From: an uncultured Lentisphaeraceae bacterium
Lineage (GTDB): Bacteria > Verrucomicrobiota > Kiritimatiellia > RFP12 > UBA1067
Assembly (NCBI GenBank): GCA_964480555.1
Contig: CAYZQL010000001.1
Coordinates: forward strand, 1 to 51,870
Reading direction: 5' to 3'
DNA: 51,870 nucleotides
Each line of letters opens with the position of its first letter. The first letter of the stretch is position 1. Under the pieces are notes generated by a model that saw only the letters and a program-made list of their open reading frames with translations, did no database searches and was not told the DNA's origin. The translations under genes were made by a program, and so were the position numbers. This document shows, in pieces, positions 18,780-28,291 of this stretch.

Positions 18780-20510
18780 ATGTTGAATGCGGGGGATATC
18801 CTGCGGGCGAAAGGGCTCTGGTACGGCGCCTCGTACGTTGCCGCAGTTGTCTGGTGTCTGTTTGTTCCTGTGGCGTGTATGACGCCAGACAAAGCGGTTG
18901 AAGAAAGCGATGAGACGGGGACTCGGCTTGCGACCGATTATTGGCGTATGCAAACCGGCAGCACGAATGATTTCAATGTACACCGGCCAGCAGACACGTT
19001 GACTTTGCGGATTGCGCTGTTAGCTGCCGCACGCGGCGAGCAGAATGTGATCTTCCCGAAAATACCCAATGTGACGGACGTGGGGACATCGAACGCCGTC
19101 CTCTGTCTTTCGCTCACAGACGCGTTGCGTGTGGCCGCACGGAATGATCGCCGATATCAGAAATTAAAGGAAGACGTTTTCCTTCGCGCGTTGGAACTCG
19201 ATTACCAGCAATATGCTTTTGAGACCTCCTTCAGTGGAATGATGTTGGCCTTGCTTTCTGGCGATCCCGGTATAAGGAAGGCCTCGGAGAGCACCGAAGC
19301 CGGGTTTACTCGTCGCTTGCCCGACGGAACTGATCTTGTGGGACGGCTGGCACTGGATGTTGTTAGCTTGTTGCGCGATGACTGGCGTTCGGTGGCTCTT
19401 TCTGGTGACCTGACCGTAACCGTGCCTCTCATGCGCGGCGCAGGGCGTGAAATCGTGCGGGAGCCTCTGACGCAGGCGGAGCGCAATCTGGTTTCCGCGA
19501 TCCATGCCTATCAGCACTACCGACAGACTTATGCGGTGTCGGTTGCTAATGGTTATTTCACCGTCCTGCAGTTAGAGCAGCAGTTCAAAAACGCTTTGGA
19601 AAATGAGCGACGGTTGAACGAAAACAGCCGACGTGCAGAAATGTGGTTCGAGGCTGGCCGTATGCAACGGATTCAGGTCGATCAGGCTCGCACAGATTTG
19701 TTAAAAGCCGGCGAGAGTGTCATTGCGACGCGCAAGAACTTTAACGCACAGATGGACGCTTTCAAAATGGCAATAGGACTTCCTCCTGAGGGAAACGTGA
19801 CGCTGGATTCGGACCAACTTTATCGCCTCGAGATGCAAAAGGAAAGCATGGCACAAACGAACATGAGCGCGATCAATGACTTCCCTGACGAGAAGGAGGC
19901 GTGTCGTATTGCACTGGCAGAGCGACATGATCTTTACATTGTCCGGAGCCAGCTTGAAGATACGGCGCGTGGCGTAAAAATAGCGGCGGATGCGTTGCGT
20001 GCGGATGTGGCCTTGACCGGCGGCTTAACAATGGACCGCATGCGTGTGACCGGGGATGGCAGCTTCGACGGTGAGGAGACCTTGTCGGGTGGGCTTCGTG
20101 CCGGCTTTCCATGGGATCGCCGTAAGGAACGAAACGCCTTCAAGAGGCAGTTGATCGCACTCGAACAGACCAAGCGTGAGGTCGAAGCGCAAGAGGACAA
20201 TGTGAAATTGACGGTGCGTAATGGGTTACGCAACCTGGTCGCCGCACGAGCATCTTACAAGAATCAGGTCGAGGCCATGAAAGTGGCAAAGTTGCGGGTT
20301 GAAAGCAACAATCTTTTTTTGCAATCTGGACGATCCTCGATGCGTGACATTCTGGAAGCGGAGAGCGCCTTGCTAAGCGCGCGCAACGCGCTATGCGCAG
20401 CAGTGATCGAGTGGCACATGAGCGACCTTGAGTTGCGCAGAGACATGGGTGTCTTGGAGATTTCTGAAACAGGTGTGTGGCGCGATGCGAACGGGGAGAA
20501 TCATGGTTAA
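18780..20510 (+). CDS. TolC-family outer-membrane efflux protein
   Basis: 576 aa with an N-terminal hydrophobic segment ending in VPVAC. Two long alpha-helical repeat halves typical of OMF proteins. It is the first gene of an adaptor/ABC operon. Confidence 0.75.
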   Translation: MLNAGDILRAKGLWYGASYVAAVVWCLFVPVACMTPDKAVEESDETGTRLATDYWRMQTGSTNDFNVHRPADTLTLRIALLAAARGEQNVIFPKIPNVTDVGTSNAVLCLSLTDALRVAARNDRRYQKLKEDVFLRALELDYQQYAFETSFSGMMLALLSGDPGIRKASESTEAGFTRRLPDGTDLVGRLALDVVSLLRDDWRSVALSGDLTVTVPLMRGAGREIVREPLTQAERNLVSAIHAYQHYRQTYAVSVANGYFTVLQLEQQFKNALENERRLNENSRRAEMWFEAGRMQRIQVDQARTDLLKAGESVIATRKNFNAQMDAFKMAIGLPPEGNVTLDSDQLYRLEMQKESMAQTNMSAINDFPDEKEACRIALAERHDLYIVRSQLEDTARGVKIAADALRADVALTGGLTMDRMRVTGDGSFDGEETLSGGLRAGFPWDRRKERNAFKRQLIALEQTKREVEAQEDNVKLTVRNGLRNLVAARASYKNQVEAMKVAKLRVESNNLFLQSGRSSMRDILEAESALLSARNALCAAVIEWHMSDLELRRDMGVLEISETGVWRDANGENHG

Positions 20511-22131
20511 GAAGCGGCCAAATACGAAAGTGGTGATCGTCTGCACGGTGGTGGGGGCGGCAGTTTTGACGGCTTGGTTGCTGGCGCGAGGCGGTGGAAA
20601 AAAAAGCGAGCCTGTGCCGGTATTTTCCGTCCAAGAGGGGCCGTTGACGATTGCCGTGACCTCGGGCGGATCCATTCAGAGTCGCGATAAGGTCGTGATC
20701 ACGAGTGAACTGGAAGGCAACAACACCGTGCTTTGGGTCATTGAAGAAGGAACCAATGTGCAAAGCGGTGATCTGCTGCTCGAATTTGATGCCAGCGATC
20801 TAATTGAAAAACGGAACGAGCAGGAACTCGTCGTCGCGAATGCCGACACCAGTCTTGTGATCGCGCAAGAGAAGCTGGGCGTTACAGAAGGCGACTGTGA
20901 GGCTGCGCTTTTGGATCGCGAAGTGGAACTGATGCTTTCAAAAATGGCGCTTGAGAAATATCAAGAGGGGGACTACCCCCAACAGGTCCGCCAATATGAG
21001 GCAGACATCGCATTGGCTGACGAGGAGTTGAAGCGCGCAGCCGAGCGCCTGGAGTGGTCACAGCGTTTGGCGAAAGAAAGTTTTCTGACTCGAACAGAGC
21101 TTCAGGCTGACGAGTTGGCTTTGCAACGCAAGCAGCTTGATCTGGAGATGGCTAAGACGCGGATGAACGTGCTGACTAACTATACCGTTCTGCAGCAACG
21201 TTCGACGCTTGACAGTGCGCTCCGTAAAGCCGACCGTGCGCTGGCGCGCACCACGTGGCAGAATAAGTCGGCGTTGCGGCAGGTTGAGTCGGAGTTGCGT
21301 GCGCGGCTGCGTGAGCGCGACCGCGCCACCAACCGGCTGGACGAGCTGAATTTCCAGATCTCAAAAAGCAAGATTTATGCGCCGACAAACGGGATCGTTC
21401 TGTACACGTCAACCGTGCTTATCTCCCGGCGCCAGTGGTGGATCAAGCCGTTGGCGGTGGGATCTACCGCGGTCGAGCGACAAGAGCTGATTTACATTCC
21501 AACCGAGTCCGGCATGGTGGTCGAGGTGATGATTCCAGAAGCGAGTCTCAACAAAATTGACAATGGCATGCCGGCACGCATTAAAATCGATGCGTTTCCT
21601 GGCCGCATGTTTGAGGGGCGTCTCGTAAAGATCGGGATACTGCCAGACGGGCAGAGTTCACAGTTGAACCCTGATCTGAAACTATACAAGTGCGAAATCG
21701 AATGTGATTTCAAGGATGTGGTGATCCGTCCAGGCATGAGCTGCGATGTCGAGCTGGTCAAAGAGTCGTATGATAAGACGCTCTATGTGCCTGTGCAATG
21801 TGTCGTGCGCGTTGACGGTGTGCCGCGTGTGTATGTGAACGATGACGGCGAATGGGTGCCGCGGATTGTCCGCGTGGGGCTCGACAACAACCGCATGATC
21901 CACATTCTCGAGGGTGTGCGCGTGGGCGAAGAGGTTATGCTGGCACCTCCGGTGAAGGAGCAGAAGAGCGAAATCAAGGAACTTTCTTCTTCAAAAAGCG
22001 GCCCGCCTTCAAACAGGGTTAAAAACCGGGACGATTCGCTGAAGGCGATGCCAACGGGAGGTTCCAAGCAAAAAAAACGTCAAGCCCCTCCTAAGAAAGC
22101 GAATGGCCCGGCAGGTGATAACCCGGCATGA
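20503..22131 (+). CDS. HlyD/MacA-type periplasmic adaptor
   Basis: The ORF opens at 20428. The likely start is ATG 20503 (MVKKRPNTKVVIVCTVVGAAVL), which overlaps the TolC stop. It has a membrane anchor, a long coiled-coil hairpin, a beta-barrel segment (IYAPTNGIVLY) and a Lys/Pro-rich tail. Confidence 0.8.
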   Translation: MVKKRPNTKVVIVCTVVGAAVLTAWLLARGGGKKSEPVPVFSVQEGPLTIAVTSGGSIQSRDKVVITSELEGNNTVLWVIEEGTNVQSGDLLLEFDASDLIEKRNEQELVVANADTSLVIAQEKLGVTEGDCEAALLDREVELMLSKMALEKYQEGDYPQQVRQYEADIALADEELKRAAERLEWSQRLAKESFLTRTELQADELALQRKQLDLEMAKTRMNVLTNYTVLQQRSTLDSALRKADRALARTTWQNKSALRQVESELRARLRERDRATNRLDELNFQISKSKIYAPTNGIVLYTSTVLISRRQWWIKPLAVGSTAVERQELIYIPTESGMVVEVMIPEASLNKIDNGMPARIKIDAFPGRMFEGRLVKIGILPDGQSSQLNPDLKLYKCEIECDFKDVVIRPGMSCDVELVKESYDKTLYVPVQCVVRVDGVPRVYVNDDGEWVPRIVRVGLDNNRMIHILEGVRVGEEVMLAPPVKEQKSEIKELSSSKSGPPSNRVKNRDDSLKAMPTGGSKQKKRQAPPKKANGPAGDNPA

Positions 22132-22853
22132 TCATTCAGACGACAGAGAGTTTGCGCCCGCTGTCCGACGAAGTGGTGCGGCTGGATGGGGTGACGCGGC
22201 ACTATACGGTTGGAGAGGAGATCGTGCGCGCTTTGGACGGGGTTTCGTTTTCGATGCGCAGGGGGTCTTACTGGGCCATCATGGGCCCCAGCGGTTCGGG
22301 CAAAAGCACAATGTTGAACATTCTTGGATGCCTTGACCGTCCTTCGTCTGGAGCATATTGGCTTAACGGCGAGAATGTGGCAGAAATGGATGACAATGCG
22401 TTGAGCGACCATCGTTTGCGCAATCTCGGCTTTGTGTTTCAGAGTTTTCATCTGATTCCGCAACTGACGGTCAGCGAAAATATTGAAGTGCCGATGCTCT
22501 ATTTGGGACTTTCTCAATCTGACCGCAAACGTAAGGCTGAAGTTTTGGCCGAACGCGTCGGCATGTCGCACCGCTTGCGTCACTTGCCGTCGGAACTTTC
22601 CGGGGGACAACGCCAACGTGTGGCGGTGGCGCGCGCACTGGCAAACGATCCTGCCGTTTTACTGGCAGATGAGCCGACTGGCAATCTGGACAGCACGACA
22701 AGCGTGCAGATCATGGGATTGTTCCAAGAGTTATATGAGCAGGGAAAGACCGTTATTCTCGTTACGCACGAGCCTGATATCGCCGCCTATGCAAAAGCGT
22801 GCATCGTGCTTAAAGACGGCGTCATCCTCTCGGTTACGGAGGAGGGTAAGTGA
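22128..22853 (+). CDS. ABC transporter ATP-binding protein (MacB/LolD clade)
   Basis: 241 aa. Walker A GPSGSGKST, signature LSGGQRQRVAVARAL, Walker B LLADEPTGNLD. ATGA overlap with the adaptor gene. Confidence 0.9.
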   Translation: MIIQTTESLRPLSDEVVRLDGVTRHYTVGEEIVRALDGVSFSMRRGSYWAIMGPSGSGKSTMLNILGCLDRPSSGAYWLNGENVAEMDDNALSDHRLRNLGFVFQSFHLIPQLTVSENIEVPMLYLGLSQSDRKRKAEVLAERVGMSHRLRHLPSELSGGQRQRVAVARALANDPAVLLADEPTGNLDSTTSVQIMGLFQELYEQGKTVILVTHEPDIAAYAKACIVLKDGVILSVTEEGK

Positions 22854-24121
22854 ATCAAGTACGCTACTTCTGGCCTTTCATCAAACTCGGACTGTCCGAC
22901 GTTTGGCGGCACAAAACGCGCTCGCTTCTGACCATGCTCGGCATGGTGTTTGGTGTGGGCAGCGTGATCGCCATGTTGGCTGTGGGAGAGGGAGCCAGCC
23001 AGCAGGCACTGGATTCGATTAAGCGGTTGGGCAGCGAGAACATCATGGTGATGTCGGTAAAACCCACTGAAGATGAAGGAACAAGCACGGGTGCGCAGCG
23101 AGGTCGTTTGGCGGTTTATGGATTGCTCTACGAGGACGAAAAAAGAATTCTGGAAACGGTTCCTGGGGTTGTGATAACCGTGCCGGCGCGCATGACGCGG
23201 CGCAACGCACGCCTAAACGAGCGTCAACTTGAAATGCGCGTGGTTGAAACGATTCCGGGGTGGTTTGAGGTTGTGCAGCGACCGATTCTTGCTGGACGGG
23301 TGCTCACTGCGAACGATATGCAGATGCGCGCCAACGTTTGCGTGTTGACCGAGCACGGGGTGCGACGGTTGCTGGCAGCCGAAGAGATGATCGGCCAGCG
23401 TATCCGGATTGCATCGGGTGTGTTTGAGGTGATCGGCATTGTGAAGAATGAAACGGGGGGTACGGTCCGAGCGCCGGACAGTGAGGCCGATGCTTATATT
23501 CCGATTACGACTGGAACAAAACTTTTCGGTGAAGCAAATATCCGTTACTCTGCGGGTGGCATGGAGGGAGAAAAGGTCGAGTTGAGCCAGATCATTGTAA
23601 AAATGTCAAACACAGCCGCTGTCGAACCGGGCAGCAAGGCCATTGAGGCCGTATTGGCCCGGTTTCATAAAAAAAAGGATTTCCGCATCGACGTGCCTCT
23701 GACATTGTTGCGCGAAGCGGAACGAACGAAACGAACGTATAATATTGTTTTGGGTGCGATCGCGGGAATCAGTCTGCTGGTAGGGGGAATCGGCATCATG
23801 AACATCATGCTGGCTTCTGTGACTGAGCGCACCAAGGAAATCGGCATTCGTCGGGCAATCGGCGCACGCCGAAGCCGGATCGTCGTACAGTTTCTTATCA
23901 ACACCTGCGTTCTGTCGATCGGTGGCGGCCTTTTGGGCCTTTTGTTGGGAGTCGGCATTCCGTTCTTGATTACTGCCTTTACGGACATGCCGACCGTGGT
24001 GCAACCTTACAGCCTCGCGCTGGCTTTCGGCATCAGCGTAGGGGTCGGAATCGTATTTGGACTCTACCCGGCCATGCGTGCGGCTGCGCTTGACCCCATC
24101 GAAGCGTTGCGTCATGAGTGA
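22850..24121 (+). CDS. ABC transporter permease (MacB_PCD + FtsX domains)
   Basis: 423 aa with a GTG start overlapping the ATPase stop. One N-terminal TM helix, a large periplasmic domain, then the FtsX-type C-terminal helices (ERTKEIGIRRAIGARR). Confidence 0.85.
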   Translation: MNQVRYFWPFIKLGLSDVWRHKTRSLLTMLGMVFGVGSVIAMLAVGEGASQQALDSIKRLGSENIMVMSVKPTEDEGTSTGAQRGRLAVYGLLYEDEKRILETVPGVVITVPARMTRRNARLNERQLEMRVVETIPGWFEVVQRPILAGRVLTANDMQMRANVCVLTEHGVRRLLAAEEMIGQRIRIASGVFEVIGIVKNETGGTVRAPDSEADAYIPITTGTKLFGEANIRYSAGGMEGEKVELSQIIVKMSNTAAVEPGSKAIEAVLARFHKKKDFRIDVPLTLLREAERTKRTYNIVLGAIAGISLLVGGIGIMNIMLASVTERTKEIGIRRAIGARRSRIVVQFLINTCVLSIGGGLLGLLLGVGIPFLITAFTDMPTVVQPYSLALAFGISVGVGIVFGLYPAMRAAALDPIEALRHE

Positions 24122-24179
24122 CCGGGGCCTCGAAACAACTGCGTTTTAGCGCGTCACTCGCCCGGCTCGAAATTCTTGC

Positions 24180-24204
24180 GTGACAAATTCAATAAAAATG
24201 TCAC
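24180..24204 (+). promoter_or_regulatory. Inverted repeat GTGACA-N13-TGTCAC in the AT-rich leader of the oadA-like gene (candidate operator or promoter element)
   Basis: GTGACA at 24180..24185 and TGTCAC at 24199..24204 flank the AT-rich spacer aattcaataaaaa. The element lies 40 nt upstream of ATG 24244. Confidence 0.25.
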
Positions 24205-24243
24205 AATACGCATCTGTTCTTGTCCTATCGGAGAAACCCATTT

Positions 24244-26154
24244 ATGAAAAAAGCGACGACAAAAAAGACGATTCAAACCGCAGCGGCCAAGAAGCCTCGC
24301 GTGCGCATCACTGACACGACCTTGCGCGATGCGCACCAGTCGCTTTGGGCGACACGCATGCGTACGGACGACATTCTCGCGATTGCCGACGAGGTAGACA
24401 GCGCGGGGTACTACTCGCTGGAGTGTTGGGGCGGGGCAACCTTTGATGTCTGCCTGCGCTTTCTGCGAGAGAACCCTTGGGAGCGTTTGCGCCAACTCAA
24501 ATCGGTCTGTAAAAAGACCCCCTTGCAGATGTTGTTACGTGGCCAGAATATCCTTGGTTATAAAAATTATCCGGACGATGTTTTGGAACGTTTTATTGCG
24601 CTTGCGTGTGAGAACGGAATGGATATTTTCCGCATTTTCGATGCGCTGAATGACACGCGCAATCTCGAAAAGGCGATTCAGTCAGTTAAAAAGTACGGCG
24701 GGCATGCGCAGGGCACAATCTGTTATACCTACAGCCCAGTCCACACGGTGGAAAAGTTTGTGGCGATCGCAAAAGAACAAGCGGCCATGGGCATCGACTC
24801 CCTATGCGTAAAAGATATGGCTGGCATTCTTAGTCCGGCTGCAGCAACGGCATTGGTTTCCGCGCTGGTAAAATCGGTTAAGGTGCCGGTGCAAATACAT
24901 TCGCATATGACCAGCGGCATGGCGGTCGCTATGTATCTTTCGGCGGTCAAAGCTGGCGCAGGCGCGATCGACACGGCTGTTTCGACGATGTCGGGCTTCT
25001 CTTCACAACCGCCCACCGAGACGCTGGTGGCAATACTCGAAGGGGAGGGCTACGACACCGGTCTCAATCACGCCGTGGTTGCTAAGGCCAACGCACATTT
25101 TAAGGCGCTGAAAAAAGTCCGCGAGCCTTCGTCTGGAGCCATGGAGTCCGTAGATGCGGATGTTCTCGAGCACCACATACCTGGCGGGATGATTTCAAAT
25201 CTGCGCTCGCAACTTCAACAGCAAGGTGCTTTGGCCCGTTTGCCTGAAGTATTGGAAGAATTGCCGCAAACGCGCAAGGATATGGGCTATCCTCCGCTCG
25301 TAACGCCGACCAGCCAGATCGTGGGCGTTCAAGCGGTTCTCAATGTTTTGGCCGGTAAGCGCTACGAGATGGTGACGCAGGAGACGCGTGACTATGTCAA
25401 AGGTCTTTATGGGCGTTCGCCCGCGCCGATTGACTCAAAACTGTCAAAAAGCATCCTGAATGGCGAGAAAAAAGTGACCTGCCGTCCTGCGGATCTCCTC
25501 AAGCCAGGCTTGGCCGATGCCGCATCCCAAATGGACCCTAAACTGATCGAAAAGGAAGAGGACATCCTCTCCTACTGCCTTTTCCCGGAAGTCGCTCTGG
25601 GTTACTTCAAATGGCGTAAAACGCCAGCAGGTCAGCGCGACCCAATCCCGGCAGATGTGGAAGGTGCCGGTTCGCAAAAACCGATCGCCTGTAAACAGGT
25701 GGACACCGAACCGACCGTCAAGGCGCCGTACGCAGACGATACGCTGAAGTATGCGGAGATCGGCAAACTTGTGGCTGGCCTTGCGGGACGTTTGGGTCTT
25801 GCGGCAGGCTCGATGCCTTCTTTAGCTTCGTTGGCCGATTTGCCCGCCGGAGAACCTGCCGCATCGGCTGCGGCAACGGTTGCTGCGCCTGAGAAAGAAA
25901 TAGAGGCGCCCGTGGCTGGGCCCACGGTGAATGCGCCACTGAACGGCACCTTCTACCGGTCGCCTGGACCAGGCAATCCGGAATTGGCAAAGGAGGGCGA
26001 CAGCCTCAAGGCAGGCGATCCTCTCTGCATTGTAGAGGCCATGAAACTCTTCAATCAGATCAAGGCGGACAAGCCGATGAAAGTTGTCAAGTTTCTCGTT
26101 GCGCACGGTGCCGTGGTGGCCAAAGGCCAGCCGCTGGCTGTGGTGCAGTACTGA
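24244..26154 (+). CDS. Carboxyltransferase (5S) plus biotinyl-carrier fusion: oxaloacetate decarboxylase alpha / pyruvate carboxylase subunit B-like
   Basis: The ORF opens at TTG 24220, and ATG 24244 follows a GGAGA RBS. Motifs RITDTTLRDAHQS and a HMGL-like TIM barrel. An Ala/Pro linker leads to a C-terminal biotinyl domain with CIVEAMKLFNQI. Confidence 0.85.
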   Translation: MKKATTKKTIQTAAAKKPRVRITDTTLRDAHQSLWATRMRTDDILAIADEVDSAGYYSLECWGGATFDVCLRFLRENPWERLRQLKSVCKKTPLQMLLRGQNILGYKNYPDDVLERFIALACENGMDIFRIFDALNDTRNLEKAIQSVKKYGGHAQGTICYTYSPVHTVEKFVAIAKEQAAMGIDSLCVKDMAGILSPAAATALVSALVKSVKVPVQIHSHMTSGMAVAMYLSAVKAGAGAIDTAVSTMSGFSSQPPTETLVAILEGEGYDTGLNHAVVAKANAHFKALKKVREPSSGAMESVDADVLEHHIPGGMISNLRSQLQQQGALARLPEVLEELPQTRKDMGYPPLVTPTSQIVGVQAVLNVLAGKRYEMVTQETRDYVKGLYGRSPAPIDSKLSKSILNGEKKVTCRPADLLKPGLADAASQMDPKLIEKEEDILSYCLFPEVALGYFKWRKTPAGQRDPIPADVEGAGSQKPIACKQVDTEPTVKAPYADDTLKYAEIGKLVAGLAGRLGLAAGSMPSLASLADLPAGEPAASAAATVAAPEKEIEAPVAGPTVNAPLNGTFYRSPGPGNPELAKEGDSLKAGDPLCIVEAMKLFNQIKADKPMKVVKFLVAHGAVVAKGQPLAVVQY

Positions 26155-26160
26155 AAAGCC

Positions 26161-27087
26161 CTATAGGCGGTTCAGCATTTCGAACACGAGTCGCCCTGTG
26201 GTGAGTAGACTGTCGGCTGAAAGCTTGTCAAGCGAGTCTTTCGTAGTGTGCCAGTAGTCATTCTCGCCAGGGCGACTGCCGTAGTAAAAGTCGATCAGGT
26301 TGACGGCTGGATAACCGAGATCGAGAAAAGCTTGGTGGTCATCGTAGATGATGCCGTCAAAGAGGGTGATCTTGTTCCGGTCTCCTGTCGTTTCAGCCGC
26401 TTCCAAGGCAAGTACGCGCAGATCGGCGCTGCTGTTGCGCGGCAGGGTTATTTTCAGGTCACGGTCACCCACCATATCCATGAGGATAACAGCCTTGATT
26501 TTTGTGCGCGTGGCTTCGAGTTGCCGGGCGAGGTGCTTGCTGCCATGGAAGCCGTCGCGGTCGCTATAGGCGAACATACACTCCTCGCCATCAAGGAAAG
26601 CGCAGAGAAAATTGTATTTTTTCGGGCCGGCAGCATGCAGCGCGGCGGCAAGTTCGAGCAAGAGACCGGTAGAGGAGCCGCCATCGTTGGCACCTTGGAA
26701 GTCCGCGGCAATGCCTCGCATGGTGTCGAAGTGCGAAAGCAGGACAATCCACTCATCACTGTCGCCAAGTATTGTGGCCAACACGTTCGCAAACGGGCGT
26801 GAACCCTGTGGGGTTAGGTCTGAGAAACGGTCAATTTTCACATCAAGGCCTTGCTCAGACAATCGCTTGTGAAGCCAGATTGCGGCCTTTTCCGAACCCG
26901 CCGTGCCGCCGTCGCGCGGAGTACAGTCGTTCACAAAGGACGCAACGTGCATCAACGCATTTGTGGCTTGAGTTGCCGTAAACGTGAGGGGAGCACGGTC
27001 CGATTGAACTTCGGGCATAAACTTCTCGCCGCAACCGGCGAGAAGGCTGGCACAAGAAAGAAAGACAAGACTCTTCATGGCGATCAA
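26161..27087 (-). CDS. M28-family metallopeptidase / glutaminyl-cyclase-like lipoprotein
   Basis: 308 aa. Lipobox in MIAMKSLVFLSCASLLAGC. Motifs GANDGGSSTGLLLELA, FLDGEEC and DMVGD. Confidence 0.75.
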   Translation of the reverse strand: MIAMKSLVFLSCASLLAGCGEKFMPEVQSDRAPLTFTATQATNALMHVASFVNDCTPRDGGTAGSEKAAIWLHKRLSEQGLDVKIDRFSDLTPQGSRPFANVLATILGDSDEWIVLLSHFDTMRGIAADFQGANDGGSSTGLLLELAAALHAAGPKKYNFLCAFLDGEECMFAYSDRDGFHGSKHLARQLEATRTKIKAVILMDMVGDRDLKITLPRNSSADLRVLALEAAETTGDRNKITLFDGIIYDDHQAFLDLGYPAVNLIDFYYGSRPGENDYWHTTKDSLDKLSADSLLTTGRLVFEMLNRL

Positions 27088-27181
27088 ATGACCGAGGGCG
27101 TTTAGGGCAGCCCGTCGTGACTTAGGGTTTAACGTTCCGACGACGGTGCCTTCCCGAGAAACCGGCAGAGGGCGCTTAAGG

Positions 27182-28291
27182 TTAATCCAAGGTAATTCCT
27201 AGCAACCCCAGCATCCGGTCGAGATCGTCGTTGTCATAGAAATCGATTTCGAGCATGCCCTTCGTGTGTTTGCCGTTGGCATGCGTCATTCCGGGAATGA
27301 GACGCACGGCGGTTCCAAAGTGCTTGTGCAGGCGGTCGGTGAGGTCGCGCACATAGCTTTCCGGCAGGTCTGGCTTAGCTGTGTGCCTGGATTCAACACC
27401 GGCGGAGGACTCGGCTTTCCGGCGTTGAATGATCTTCTCGAGCGTGCGGACGGTGAGGTCTTCGGTAACGCACTTGCGCCCGAGGAGTGTTTGTTCGGTA
27501 GCATTGCTCAGACCAAGCAACACCTTGGCATGTCCAGTCGATAGCAGTCCGCTGCCGACGAGTTGCTTGACCTCGTCGGGAAGATCAAGCAGGCGCACCG
27601 CGTTGGCCACGCTGGCCCGCGCCTTGCCGACGCGGTCAGCCACATCTTGTTGGGTGAGGTTGAAGGTCTCCGCCAATGTGCGGTAGCCTTCTGCTTCTTC
27701 GATAACATTCAGATCTTGACGCTGGATATTCTCAATGATCGCCATTTCCGCCGCCCGACGGTCTTCCGCATCGACGAGGATCACAGGCACTTTTGCAAGA
27801 TGCGCTTCAATTGATGCGCGCAGACGTCGCTCGCCTGCGATGAGTTCGTAGCGCCCTTCCGCATTTTTACGGCAGATGAGCGGTTGGATCACGCCGTTTG
27901 CTTTGATGGAATCCGCGAGTTCGCGCAATGCGTCTTCGTCGAAGGTCTGACGCGGTTGCCAAGGAGAGCGGGCGATTTCAGCGACCGGCACGTCAAATAC
28001 AATGTGTCGGTTGTCGCTTGGATTCGCGTGCTGTGAAGGCGTGGCGGCGACCACGGGGGTGGACGCGTCGTGCGATTGCGAGGAAGGCGCGTTCACCGAC
28101 GAATATTGCTGCGGCGACACAGTGACGGCTGCCGGCTGTGGAGCCGGCGCCGGGTGGTGATGGCCGATTAGCGCGCCAAGCCCTCTTCCCAGTCCTGGCT
28201 TGGGATGTTTGTGCGTTACAGACGGTACGGGTTGCGGTTTGCTCTCTGACTTAGCCGATTTTTTGTGCACGGGCTTTTTTGTTTTGCTCAT
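27182..28291 (-). CDS. parB: Chromosome-partitioning protein ParB/Spo0J with a low-complexity insertion
   Basis: 369 aa. N-terminal GLGRGLGALI motif, then ~80 aa rich in His/Pro/Gln/Ser. ParB box GERRLRAS, HTH LTQQDVADRVGKARASVANAVRLL, and a C-terminal dimerisation segment. Confidence 0.85.
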   Translation of the reverse strand: MSKTKKPVHKKSAKSESKPQPVPSVTHKHPKPGLGRGLGALIGHHHPAPAPQPAAVTVSPQQYSSVNAPSSQSHDASTPVVAATPSQHANPSDNRHIVFDVPVAEIARSPWQPRQTFDEDALRELADSIKANGVIQPLICRKNAEGRYELIAGERRLRASIEAHLAKVPVILVDAEDRRAAEMAIIENIQRQDLNVIEEAEGYRTLAETFNLTQQDVADRVGKARASVANAVRLLDLPDEVKQLVGSGLLSTGHAKVLLGLSNATEQTLLGRKCVTEDLTVRTLEKIIQRRKAESSAGVESRHTAKPDLPESYVRDLTDRLHKHFGTAVRLIPGMTHANGKHTKGMLEIDFYDNDDLDRMLGLLGITLD

